From Camelus dromedarius (Eukaryota), in assembly GCF_036321535.1 (NCBI RefSeq), contig NC_087437.1:52888001-52952000 (forward strand): a stretch of DNA of 64,000 nucleotides, given 5' to 3'. A program made the translations under genes and the position numbers. This document shows, one piece after another, positions 1 to 12,050 of the stretch. The notes under the pieces are model-generated. The model searched no databases. It was given only the letters and a program-made list of their open reading frames with translations, and was not told the DNA's origin. Each line of letters begins with the position of its first letter. The stretch's first letter is position 1.

Positions 1-3000
1 CTGAGGTGCAGTGTTGGGCGATCTAATTGGAGCTTTGGGTAAAGAAGCCTTACAGCAAGAAGACTCCCTAGTAGAGTTCAGCAGGACAGCCATGCAATCT
101 CCGTCCAAGCACCCCAACAGCCCGAATCCTACTGAAAAGGGTGACTGTCGTTTGGTAATTTTCGTTTGTATTATCTTGGATTTTATTTAGTTTTTGTGAC
201 TCACTTGTAAGTTTTTGGCTTGTGGTTACCCTTTTTTGTAAGTCTATTAAAAGGATGACTGTCAAGGCAGGAGAATTACCCCCGAAATCTGAGATCTTCA
301 AGTGTATGCAAACCAGGGGTCATGCTTTGAACATTTCAGGTCAGTCTCGGAAACTTAAAAACCAAAATAACTATTCCTTTGGCCTTAAAAAAAAAAAAAA
401 AAAAAAACCACCACCAGATGTTAAACGTGGAAATGAGAAGTAGGGAGACTGCAAGTGGAAAAGTAGATCATAAAATCACATTTCACTTAAAGTACTTTTA
501 AGAAGTATTCAGGGCAGAATGAAAGCAACATCTTCCAAATTCAGGATTTTAAGGTGACCTTTAATAAACACCAGAAATGATCTGATAGATGAGGAATGCA
601 TCTGTCCTAATTATTACAGTAATTCGACAGCCATGATTCCACTCTGCCTTGCAAGAAACTGAAAGTGAAACGTCTGTTCATTTGCTCCGTGCCCCCATGG
701 CACACACAATGTCCCTGGCCCTCCTCCTTTCTCCATATTGCATCCATTCAACTCTTTGAAATGGCCCCAAAGGCAATATTAACCAAAAATACTTTCCCCT
801 GGTTAGAGAAGAAACATTTTAAACAAATAGAAATAGTGGTAAGAAAACCTGCTAAATCAATACATGTCCTTTTACCCTGCTCAAAAGAACTGACACTCTG
901 AAACTGTACTTGAACTGCGATCAGCCGTAAGTGATGCAGGGATCCTAAAAAGCCCCACCTCATCATTTTACTATATTCAGTGGTGGAATATGCTTCAACT
1001 TCAGCCTTGACCTCTGCTGTCACTTGCATATGCAGTAGCTTACTGGAGAGGGGTTTTACATATGCACAGACTTCAAAGCAGCTCTGGTAGCCATAGTGAC
1101 TGACTCATCCTCTTGGGCCAGGGCCCTGTGATTTGGTAGCCCTCACCAGGACTGCTCCTTTTGCAATAATCATGATGCGGCACAACTGCAGAGCAGCTGG
1201 GAATTAGGGCTGCCCCGTTTCTGGGGGAAGGGGAGCAGGCACTAGCTGGCTACTAGCTCTTTCATCTTTTACATTCATTACGTTGATAGCAGGCATCTTG
1301 AGGATGGAGGCCGAAAGAGTTTAAAAAAAAAAACAACCTTGCGTATTTCTTCCTTAAGAGAGCAGCCACAGCACAGGGAGTGGCTCTTTCTAGCAGCCTG
1401 TCCTTTTAAACTTCCCCATGCCATCAGTTATCTGCCACATGTTCAACAAACAACCCTACCCCCCAAAATATTCATTAATGCAGATTCACAGTTAAAATGG
1501 CTCCAGATTAAAGCCGAGTCAGTCATAATTGAGAGGGTGCTAAGCTGGATGCCTATCAAAAGACATTTGATTAGGGGGCCTGCCAAAACGCAGTTCTAAA
1601 ACCACAATTTCCATGCACAGTGTAATGGATATTATGGATAATTACCCAGAGTGCACTACTCAGCCACACAGCTGCCTACAATTACGTCCCCAACAGCTTC
1701 CTCCTCCGCTTCACCCCTCACGCTCCCCCCGCGACAACTTAGAGCTTCTTCCAGGAGTTGGTATCTTCCTGACATCAACAAGGAGGGCCGACAGAGTTAC
1801 ACAAGGAGTAGAGAGGGGAAAAAACTCAAAGGCTGCCTGTCCCGAGGCTGAAGTGCACACGTGGAAGGAGCTGACCCTGGGTTAAGAGAACAGAACATGC
1901 CAAGTTCAGGGAGTGCTCAGGGATTTGAAGGTGCGATGGAAAGAAGTACTTTCTGAAGAAACAAAGCTGTCCAATCAGCTGAGGGAGGCTCAGGGCTGCC
2001 ACAGGCCTCTCACGTGACTTGGCCGCTTGGCATTTATGAGCACTCTGGGTTAGTATCTCTTTCTTTATTAAGTAAGAAAGCCGAGGCCCTCTGCCATCTG
2101 TTCATCACTTTCTTTACCACTGGTAGGAGAGCAGAAGATTTAATAACAGCTTTACAAAGGGTCATAACCAGGTCTACCTGCAGCTGTACAGCCTGTGCTC
2201 GGGCCCGAGGCACCGGCAATAAAGTCATAAAAGCTCCTGTTTGTGAAATGAGATCAATCAATAAGGGCTGCCCACAAGACAGACTTTCAAAAAGCCTCAG
2301 TGAGTCTGGGCGACGTGCTCTCCTCAAGCCTCACATAAACCAGGCCATGTTGTGAGGAAAAGAACGTGGAGCGGATGGCTCTCCAGTGTGGCTGGAAGCC
2401 CAAACCACGGCTTTGCTTCTCCATGACTGAGCCAAAAAGAAACCCTTTGAAAAGCACGGCAGAACTGAACTCTGGCTCTGAAGGCAGATTGAGTCTTAAC
2501 AGACCCTGTTTACAGTGAGATTTTGACACGTTTCCATCTTCATGCATGACAAGAGGCAGGGAACACCATACGTATATCTGCCTTTACTGAAGCCTTCCTC
2601 TCTCGCCTACCAGTCAGGATTCTTCCTAAGTTTCCAGTCCATACATTTTCCTTTTATCATCTTAATTTTCAGGCCATGTTCTTGTAGATCAGGTGACAGC
2701 TTGTTACCTCCTGCTGTTCACCCTGGTGCCCACCTCTCTCCCCTTGTGTGCTAAAGAGAGCCCTGGAACTGATCAACCAACATCTGCAACTGCAGTTCCT
2801 GCTCAAACGCCTTCCAAGAGCAGTGTTCTCAGTTCAGTCACACCCAACCCCAAGGCCCCTTTTACTCTGATGGCTTACTATATAACGCCACCAAAAGAAG
2901 CATATGTCAGATCTTCAGGGACGTTATTTCTCCATTCATAATCTCCCTAAATTCTAAATCAAATAGAAATGAAAAATCAACCCCTTTGAAATATGCCAAA

Positions 3001-3160
3001 CTCATTTAAATAAGAGCCTGATTTAACTTACTCTGTTATGTGATATTCAGGAAAGGGGTTTCATGATGTGTCTTCATGTAGCCTGATACAGGCTATGCCA
3101 TATGAGGGCCAACACCAAAACAAGCTGGTATCACTGAAGGAACCCTTAACAAAAGACTTT

Positions 3161-3275
3161 CGGTTTTGGTGGGGGGAGGTAATCAGGTTTATTTTTTAGA
3201 GGAGGTACTGGGGAGTTGAACCCAGGACCTCATGCATGCTAAGCATGTGCTCACACTTAAGCTATACCCTCCCCC
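3161..3275 (-). mobile_element. tRNA-derived SINE, camelid vic-1-like
   Basis: The reverse complement has A-box/B-box-like GTATAGCT...GGTTCAA and the same CCCCAGTACCTCC...AAACCT tail as the other copies. Confidence 0.85.
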
Positions 3276-3567
3276 ATGACAAAGATTTTCTAAGAGAGAA
3301 CAGACCCTATTTGACTGTGAGTCTTCATGGCCTCACTGCAGAAGTATTAATAATGCTTTTTATAAAATTCTCCAGTGGAGATCTCTGCCTGTCCGTGAAA
3401 TGTAGATTATCCTACTAATAGAAAAAAAACTGCCAAGCCCACTGGCCAGGTCAGAACCTGAACAAGAAAGAGCACATTTAACACAGTAAAAAGACTCAAT
3501 GGAGAACTAAACAGGAACAAATGTCATCAACAAATCAAGTCACCTGAGCCCAGCATCCAGCGCTTAC

Positions 3568-3737
3568 CTCCTCAGGTTCTATCAGCTTGAACTCCATGCC
3601 TCTGCCTGTCCAGGCAATGAAGTGGGCATTGGCTGGGTCGTCAAGCAGGGTAACGAGGAATTGCCACAGCTGAAGGGAACCTCGCCTCTGGTAAGGGGGT
3701 CCCTCCCGATACATGGTGGGTTCCTGTTTGACTTTGC
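3568..3737 (-). CDS. ETV5: ETV5 exon 11 (GKVKQE...first half of ETS domain...IEPEE), 170 nt
   Basis: Acceptor AACAG|GCAAA, donor GAG|GTAAGC; ETS signature LQLWQFL...FIAWTG. Confidence 0.97.
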
Positions 3738-3891
3738 CTGTTTGGGCCAAAGATATATATGCAGTACTTTAGTCTTGGGTTTTTCAGGTGATTTGGGTAA
3801 ACGCCAATTTGGCATTAATAAGACTGACTAAGGTGCTTTGATGTCTCGAACCCTCCAGCTTAGCAACAAACTGGATGAGGGGGCTACTTAC

Positions 3892-3960
3892 CTTCCAATC
3901 TCTCAGGAACAACACAAGTGTCGTCAAAGTACAACCGGGGATCTTTTTCATATGGAAAAC
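3892..3960 (-). CDS. ETV5: ETV5 exon 10 (GFPYEKDPRLYFDDTCVVPERLE), 69 nt
   Basis: Acceptor TTCAG|GTTTT, donor GAAG|GTAAGT. Confidence 0.95.
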
Positions 3961-5437
3961 CTGAAGGAGAATTTAAAAAGAAAGACCACGTTGCTTAACA
4001 AACTCTATCTGTGGTCTATGAAAACTCTGGATTTAAGGACTAACACAGGATTCTACCGGTTCAGGTCCTAAGCCCTGTGAATGCTGTATCTATGACAGAC
4101 GGAATTTTGGGGACTTCAAAAGGACTTAGGCATTCGTGTTCTGATGTATCACCCGCACTTGAGTCAGTGGCATCAATTCCCGCTGTTAGAGCGAAGACTG
4201 CAGGGAAGCCCTGAGTCACTGGTACGTTCCTTCACATCTTGCTTAAGAGGTCTGCATGGATCAGTGTTGCTGTGACTAAGCCTTTGTATCTGAAAAGACA
4301 TCTCATCTATTTCAGTTGGCCTCCCTGGGTGGGATTTGGTTGATCTATACATAGTCTCACCACTTTCCTTTTAGCTAATATTAATTTCAACCGTTCTTAC
4401 AGCTTGTCCAGGCTGCCCACACACCTCATTCAATTATGAAAGAGCTTAGAGGGTAGAAAATGATGCCAAAATGAGTAAAGACTTGGGCCTGTGGAGGACT
4501 GTGACAAGCAATAATCTTAAAGGCAAGGTGGAGGGTATTATCACCTCTAGACGCTGTGGAAGGGACCTGAAGAGATTTCCTGGCAATAAAGCTGATTCAT
4601 GTATAGATAACAAATCAGAAAGAGGAACTGACTGGTCCAACAACAGATGTAAGTGGGAATGAAAGGAAGGTAGGGCAAAAAGTTGAAGGGGTCAAGGAAA
4701 AAGAAGGAGGGCCTGGCATTCTGCACCCATTTGCCCTTAATATGTATTCAACGCTGACCACCAGGCACCCTGACAAGATCAGCGGCTCAAACCAAAGCCA
4801 GTGAGTAGTCAGGCGTGATGAGACCACCTCTGCCTGTGGCCCAGCCTGTTTCAGGGATGTCCTCTCCTTTCCTCGCACACTTCTCAGGAGGAAGCACCAG
4901 GAGCTCCTGCCGGCTCAGCAGTGTTCCCTGTGCTCTGTTCTCTGATTCATCTGGCTTGTGGTCCAGGCACGTGAGTGTTGGGTATGCGGTGGGGGCAGGC
5001 AGGGGAGGCCACTCTGCTGTGAAGGGCTAGCATTAGATTTTGAGAGGGATTCGGGCTATGACTTAAAAAACCCATGGGAAAAGGCACCGAGAAATCTGTT
5101 CCTTTTTTCCTTTACAATCAGCCCAGATCAAGTTCTTGGCAGGAGGAGCACTACTTTTAAGAGGCCTGGGGTTGGGAAAACACTGCCCAACTTGGAGGAA
5201 ACAAATTGTTTTAAGGTTTGGTATTACTCACTTTTGTTTCCTCAGCCCCAAGCATTATTTGTTTGCTTAACTACATCAAAGGAGGTATATTTTATTACTT
5301 AATCCAGTATTTATGCCAGGCACTGTGCTAGAAGGGGGTAGATAGGGAGAAGAATACAGACTCAATGCTTGCTCTCAGGGAGCCTATATCCTAACTGGTG
5401 GAGGCAGACAACAACGTAGGAAAAGAAAGAAATGAGA

Positions 5438-5690
5438 CGTAGTGTGGAACAGTAAAGAGTGTGGACCTTGGAGCCAGATGGACTTAGATTAACTGTGACC
5501 TTGAACAAGTTAATCTCTCTATGCTCCAGTTTACTCATCTGAAGACTGGGGAAGATAACTCCTACCTTATAGAGTTGCTGGGAGAGTTTAATGAGTTGAT
5601 ATATATTCTGTTCCACTGAACTACTTATCTTTGCAACAGAGCTGGGAATAGCTCCTGCTACGTAAGTGTGCAATACATGATAGTTAAAAA
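5438..5690 (+). mobile_element. MIR SINE
   Basis: Core CTGTGACCTTGAACAAGTTAATCTCTCT...CAGTTTACTCATCTG. Confidence 0.75.
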
Positions 5691-7183
5691 AAAAAGTAAG
5701 ATAGTACTTATCACGATGTGCACTTACTATGAAGATAAAGCTCTCACATTATCCAATTCTGTCATGTATTCTAAATTCCTTGAGGATAAGGACCATATCC
5801 TGAAAATCTTAGCATCTTCATAGCACCTGGTACATAAGTGCTCAATAAATATTTGAATAAATATGAGGGAATCTATAGTCTTTGTTTAAAAAAAAAAAGG
5901 TTTAAGAATGCAACACTAAGTTACAGATTCAGGGACTCCCTATAATCTTCCAGTTTGGTACTAGGAAGCTGACTTGTGTGACAAACTGTTAAACTTCATA
6001 TTAGCAACAAGAATTACATAATCCATCAAACTTCATGCTTTTTAGCTTGGCTGCCAGGAAGCTATGAATTTCTTGACTTTCCACATGGATTTTGATACTC
6101 CAGTGACATTTTAATGGCTTTATTATAAAATCACAGGTAAACTACAAAGTTTTTACATGCCTATCAAACCTGCCATGTTATTTTTGGAGCTTTTCTTCCT
6201 CTGAGGTAAGGATAATACCTTCACAGTATATAAGGGAAAAAAATGTAAACCTAGATTAAATTCTAGGTCTGGTTTTCAAATTAATCAGATGAAAGTCCTG
6301 CCCATGAGAGTCATTTTGGTGTATTCTGTGGTTTCTAGTCACTGCCACATGTATTTCTCTAAAACATCTGGAAGATGCTGTTGGTTTAAGTGAAATTTAA
6401 GTCAGTTGAATTTGCACAGCAGTTACATCAGTTGTGGCCACAACCATCTAATCACTCAAAGGTGGCAGGAAGGAAGAACCTGTTTGAGGGGCAAAGTCGA
6501 AATGAAAGATTGAACATAGTATGCAAAGATTCCAGGTGAACGCTAAGGCAGGATGGCTATCTTAGAAATCACAGATGCCAATCAGAAACACTTGTCTCAC
6601 TAACTGTTTCACGGGCATCTGTAGTCAAGCCTGTTTAAGAAAGAGAAAAACCATGTCAGGGTAATTTAGGGCAATTAAGAATGCAGATCGCTTTGAAACT
6701 AACTTTTTCGATGTGTGTGGGGTCAGGGGAAGGAACGGGAAAGAGAAGGGGGGGAAACACACAAGCTTGCCAGATACTGTGTGTAGTAAGCAGCCCCAAT
6801 GTCTTACTAAAAATATTTCCTTTAAGAGCATGCTCCTTGCTAAATGTTGTAATTATGCAAAATGTTTTACTCCCTCCTAGTCTGCCCACTGCAGACATCG
6901 ATTACTGCTGTAGAAACATTTGGGAACCTGGAAGAGAGCCCCACACAGCTGTGCCGATCATAGTCAGAGGTCCACTAGACAACCCTTCCTTCCCAAGGCT
7001 GGGCGCTCACTCAGAATATCCCTGGGTGCCTGTGGCAGCCAGGCTGTGTCTCCCCTCTAAGTCAGCAGGAAGCAGCTACTTACAGAAACCACTGTTGGGA
7101 ACCAGTCACTCACAGTAACTAGCCAGTTCTTCCCAGTGCAATCTTAACCAGCTCTTTCAACCTTCCTCTAAAACTCTGGAGAA

Positions 7184-7535
7184 CAGTGGTCGTCACCCTT
7201 GGACCCGTACTAGAATCACCTGGGAGCTTTAAACTACTGACGCCTGGGTCCCACCCCAGAATTTCTGATCTACTTGCTCTGGGTGATGCCTGGACACAAG
7301 CTTTAAAAGCTCCGCAGGTGATCCTAACGTGCAGCCAAAGCTGAGACTCAAAACTCTGTAGTAGTTCTCAAATGTGAGTGTGCATCAGGATGGCCCAAAA
7401 GGCTCATTAGAACAGAGTGCTGCCCCCCGCCCCCCCTGGAGTCTCTGATTCAGTAGATTTGGGGTGGGTCCTGAGAATTTGCATTTCTAACAAGTCCCAG
7501 ATGAAGCTGATGTCACGAGTTGGGACCATGCTGCT
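7184..7535. mobile_element. Two adjacent MER5-family hAT DNA transposon relics (~7184-7350 and ~7358-7535)
   Basis: Hallmarks TAGAATCACCTGGGAGCTTT and CTGATTCAGTAGATTTGGGGTGGGTCCTGAGAATTTGCATTTCTAACAAG. Confidence 0.8.
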
Positions 7536-7966
7536 CTGGGTATTTACAGACAGATGCATAGGACAGGAAACAAGAGCTACTTCTGGGGGATCTGTTCTAG
7601 GAAAGAAATCCTTTCCTGTTTCAATGTTCAGAAGAGATGTCCTGAAGGTTCCATCTCAAGCTGTGACATAGTTCCTAAGTTCCAGTTTATCTACAGCAGT
7701 ATAACTTCCTTGTATGGAAATGTGGAAACCAGTTGATTCAGCTATTATTTCTTAAAAGTTAAGGTCATTACTACTGACACTGATGGCAGCCCTCACAGGT
7801 CAGGTGTGTGCCTCAAACCCTGTGTGCAAGGTAAATGCAGATCACAGTCAATGAGCTCTCATGTTCATGAGCCAAGGAAGGTTTAAACCATGATCTCAAA
7901 ATCTTAGCCTGGTAACTTAGCAATTTTAAGCTTCCTTGAATATTATTTTTTTAAAAAGCTACTTAC

Positions 7967-8026
7967 CCTCATGGCTGCTGGAGAAATAGCCCCCTCTCAT
8001 GTAGGACGACTGGCAGTTAGGCACTT
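7967..8026 (-). CDS. ETV5: ETV5 exon 9 (EVPNCQSSYMRGGYFSSSHE), 60 nt
   Basis: Acceptor TTTCAG|AAGTG, donor GAGG|GTAAGT. Confidence 0.95.
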
Positions 8027-10039
8027 CTGAAAGAGACAGGTGTACACACTCCTGTCAATAGTTACTGCAGCTGAATCAGCACATCGGTCCAACCGCAGCT
8101 CTGCAGTAAAGCCCCTAACCCTCTTCTGATCTAAGGTCATGTCTTTTTGGTCTTGTCCTCTGAAAGAGGTATCATGCCAATAAGTATCATGGGAAGCACT
8201 GTAACCCGCCATCTGAAAGGACTCTTGACTTGCAAGCAAGAGAACTGGGAAGGAAAAATGGTATGTCGCTCTCAAAACTTGCTCAATTTAGAAATTAATT
8301 AACATCAAATCTGGTGACAGTTAATGATAGAAAAAGAAACTGGCTTTCAAAAAGTCAACGTGGTCTTCTGCCTATACTGACTCAAGGGCTTTGGTTTGGA
8401 GGGGCAGGAAGATAACTTTAGATCTTTCCCAGTTTGCAGTCCTTTACTGCTGATGGTCGTATCTAATTCTGCTCCAAGAGGTGAGGGTATTTTTGGGTCA
8501 AAGAGATTAGGGGATTTGAAGTCATGAAGCTAAGATGAGGACAGGCAGGAGTGGGGGACTGCAGCTTGGCAAGCACACTTCTGCCATGTTGGAACCGTTA
8601 GAATGAAACCCATGTTGAGGTGATCTTTTCTTCAGGCACCATGTTACCAAGGCATCCATAGAGACAGTGAGCTGAGCCCACATGGAATGGGCCTTTACCC
8701 CAGGAACATGTCTCAGATCAAAGAATTGCAGATACGGTAATATCTGTTGGGGGTCTTGCTTTAAAGGAGTTGGATGGGCTGAAAAACTCATAGGACCGAT
8801 TAAAATGTCAATCTCAAAGGAAAAATGTTGCTGGTTATGCCTGCTCCTGAGAAAAAAACACATCAAACCCTTCAGGAGGAATGCCGATGAACATTTTAAG
8901 CTGTCAGTACCTACACTTGGTAATTTTTCCATCATAAAGCAACAGATATCTCCCTTCTGCCTACCTCCTAGTCTTTCCATAACCAATTTCTGCCTGAGTT
9001 GAGCAATCCCTGTATCATCTCAGAGAAGGCCAAGAGAAAATTCTATATCCTATTCCACTTGCAAAAGCCATTGAGTACATACTGCCCCACCCCTGCCCCA
9101 GGGTCTTCAAGAAAAGCACACATGGAAAAGGTTGATAACCTACCCATCACCCTCAAATTCCTTTAGCACCAACTGCAAAAAGGCAAAAATCTTATTTAAA
9201 AAAAAAAAAAAGGAAATGAAGAGGAGGAAAGAGTTTCTAAATGTGCAAGCTGCAAAATTCCAACTCTCCATTCCCCTAATGATCTCACTGAATAAGCCTG
9301 GCCTGTAAGATATGTAGTCAGCGAATGAGTGTGTGGGTGGGAGTGGAGAGAACCCCCAAAGATAGTTTAAACTTCTTGATGTGCTTAAGTTTCTGGACAA
9401 GAGGTAACCCAAAACCAAACAATAGGTGTTCTAACATGTTATATACTTCTCCCTGTGTGTACCAGCAGCAGCTGAAGGACACAGGAATTTTCCCAGATGG
9501 AAGTATTGTAATAGAGCAGGGGATCCTATGAAGTGGCCAACAGGCCAAACTTCTCCATGACGTACCCAGCACCCATACAGCTATGACATATCAGGTCCTT
9601 TCTGAGAACACCGCTCATCTCAAGAATAGAAAGAATCCCATCCTACACGTGGACTCACACTGGGGGTTTAATGCATCGTTGTATTCAAAAAAGCCACAAA
9701 CCTAGAGGTAGGATTAAAACGCAGACATTACATACCCAGTGTCCAGTGACTCTAAGATAACAGGTTTTTAAAAAGGGGGCATCACGGAGACTGGACCTCA
9801 GCAATCCACTTTTGAATGCCCACTGCGCCTCCTATCATTTTCATGGCTTTTCTGTTTTGTATCCAATTACACACAAACATGTTTGCTTTACTAGCTCCTA
9901 AGTTCTTTGAGGGCAAACTTTGTAAGACTATTCCCCATAGCCCCGCACATTAAAGAGCACATTAAAGATACTCAGTAACAACCAGACAGATAGATGAATG
10001 AGAGAATGAAGAAAGGAACAGCATGATTTTTCTGCTTAC

Positions 10040-10299
10040 CTGAATCAACGCAGTAATCCCGGGGCTCCTGCTTGATTCCCAGTGGTGACTGGAACCCATG
10101 TGCTGGGGGGCCAGGCATGCCTGGGACCCCATGTTCATAGAGTGGGTCATGGTATTCTTGTTTGAATCCCTGAGGGGGTGGGGGAGCTGCAGGGACAATA
10201 GGTTCTGACATTTGCCGGTGGTAATTGGGGCGATTATCTCCAGGAACTCCGGACTGAGGAGGGAAGGGGTGGCAGGGTTCAGACAGTTGTCTCTGAAAT
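10040..10299 (-). CDS. ETV5: ETV5 exon 8 ([11 protein letters not shown]...[12 protein letters not shown]), 260 nt
   Basis: Acceptor TGCAG|ATTT, donor TCAG|GTAAGC; FKQE and IKQE SUMO motifs. Confidence 0.96.
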
Positions 10300-10404
10300 C
10301 TGCAAGAAGAAAGTAGTTATATTGTTTAAGAATATGATGAATACCAACTATGATTTAGCATTAAAGATTAGAAGTTCAAATTAATGGAATTATTTGCAAA
10401 GTAT

Positions 10405-10447
10405 CTTTTTTTGGAGGGGGTAGGTAATTAGGTTTATTTGGAGTTTC
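10405..10447 (-). mobile_element. 5'-truncated vic-1-like SINE (tail only) with 10-bp TSD
   Basis: GGGGGTAGGTAATTAGGTTTATTT tail flanked by TGCAAAGTAT at 10395-10404 and 10448-10457. Confidence 0.7.
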
Positions 10448-10799
10448 TGCAAAGTATTTAATGCTTATTTCTGGACATTTTACCCTCTTCTCAAAATTAT
10501 ATCACACTTCAAACCTTTTGAGTCAGGGACTGGCAAAAAAAAAAAAAAAATCAAAACAATGACATGGTAGCTTATTTTCCATGCATGTTTATTTCATGTA
10601 CAGTCTGTATAGTTGGGTCAGATTATGTACCTGAATATTTAAAGCCAATTATTTGCAAATATCACTAACATGTTATGTTTGTTCACCGGTTCATTCACTC
10701 TCTCACCTGTAGATAGAATTCATTCTTAAAGACTAAAGAGTCTTTAACCAGAAATTAACTAGAAGATGTAGTTTAAAAAAAACTCAAACGTAATAGCAT

Positions 10800-12050
10800 T
10801 CAAAAATATAGTATCCCTAGGGATAATCAGGAAATGTATAGGCTATAAAAGAATAAAGTCTTAAAACTGTAAGCAAAAGACCTAATTAAAGAGAAAATAT
10901 TTAGGACTTCGAAGTCATTCACTCACTGAAAATTACTCTACCGTAATGCCTTTTCAACCTACTTGACAAAATGATTCTAAATTATTTAAAAGATGAAGTA
11001 ATTTTAAAAATCTATCAGACAAATATTATAAAGCCACAATAATTAAAACAGGAATACAAGGAATGAAAGACAGGTGTCAAAGAAATGGAATGAGAAGTCG
11101 CAAACTGTCAAGTATGTTCCAAATGTACTACTTGTTAAGGTTAGCATTTCAAATAAGCAGGAAAAGTAGACCCCTGTTTTATACCACATGCCAAAATAAG
11201 TTTCATATACAGATTTCAATGTGAAACCATGGTAGTAAACATACATGAAAACATAATCGGAGTGAGGAAAAGCCTTTCTACGTATACCAAGAGCAGAAAT
11301 CAAGACAAATATGAATATACCTCCTTGTATAAATTTCTGTAAGTCAACAAAACAAGACAAAACAAAACAAAACTACAAACAAAACCCAAAGAAAAAAACG
11401 GGGGGGGGGGAATCTATAGTAGAAAATACCAGAAGCAAGCCTCCAAATTAAACAAACAGGAAAAGTCTGTAACAGATAGTAATGTTAATACTGCTGACGT
11501 AAAGAGCTTTTAAAAATCAAAAGATGGACATGTCAACAGAAAAAATGGGTAGAGAACAGAAATAGGAAAATCACCAAAGAAATCCTTTGGTCATAAACAA
11601 CATTTAACTTCATTAGTAGTGAAAAAAGTACTAACAGAGAAATAGCTTTTCCTAATTACTTGAAGGATGAACAGGCAGCTAATAAATCTGCACCTGACAC
11701 ACAAAAGCACTGAAGTCATAGATATGATTAGACAAAGCTACAAAGATGGTCACCAAAACAAATGTCTAACAAGGGAACTGCTTAAGTACCTTGTGATACA
11801 GCCATTTTCTTGAGTGCAACTATCAAGTATGATGTAATATACAAATATGTAAAAAACTGGAAAGCTATATTTGATACCTATTTTGCAAAAGTATAAAAAG
11901 TTCATGTCACAAAATCCTGGAAAAAGCTGCACCTAAATGTTAACATTACTTATCTTTGGGTGGTTATGACTTTAGGTAATTTTTTGGTGCTCATCTATGA
12001 TTTAATGATATATGTTATTTTATAAGACAGAACAATAAAAGCATTTGTTA
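10800..12050 (+). mobile_element. Degenerate L1 (late ORF2 and 3' region), approximate limits
   Basis: A-rich, with L1-like motifs ACTTGACAAAATGATTCTAAAATT and TATTATAAAGCCACAATAATTAAAACAG. Confidence 0.6.

Noticed and set aside
2198..2209. 12-bp palindrome CTCGGGCCCGAG
   Set aside because: Several palindromes of this length are expected by chance in 64 kb.
8522..9002. Overlapping 154-aa and 106-aa ORFs in intron 8
   Set aside because: No recognisable domain or supporting splice structure; within chance for six frames over 64 kb.
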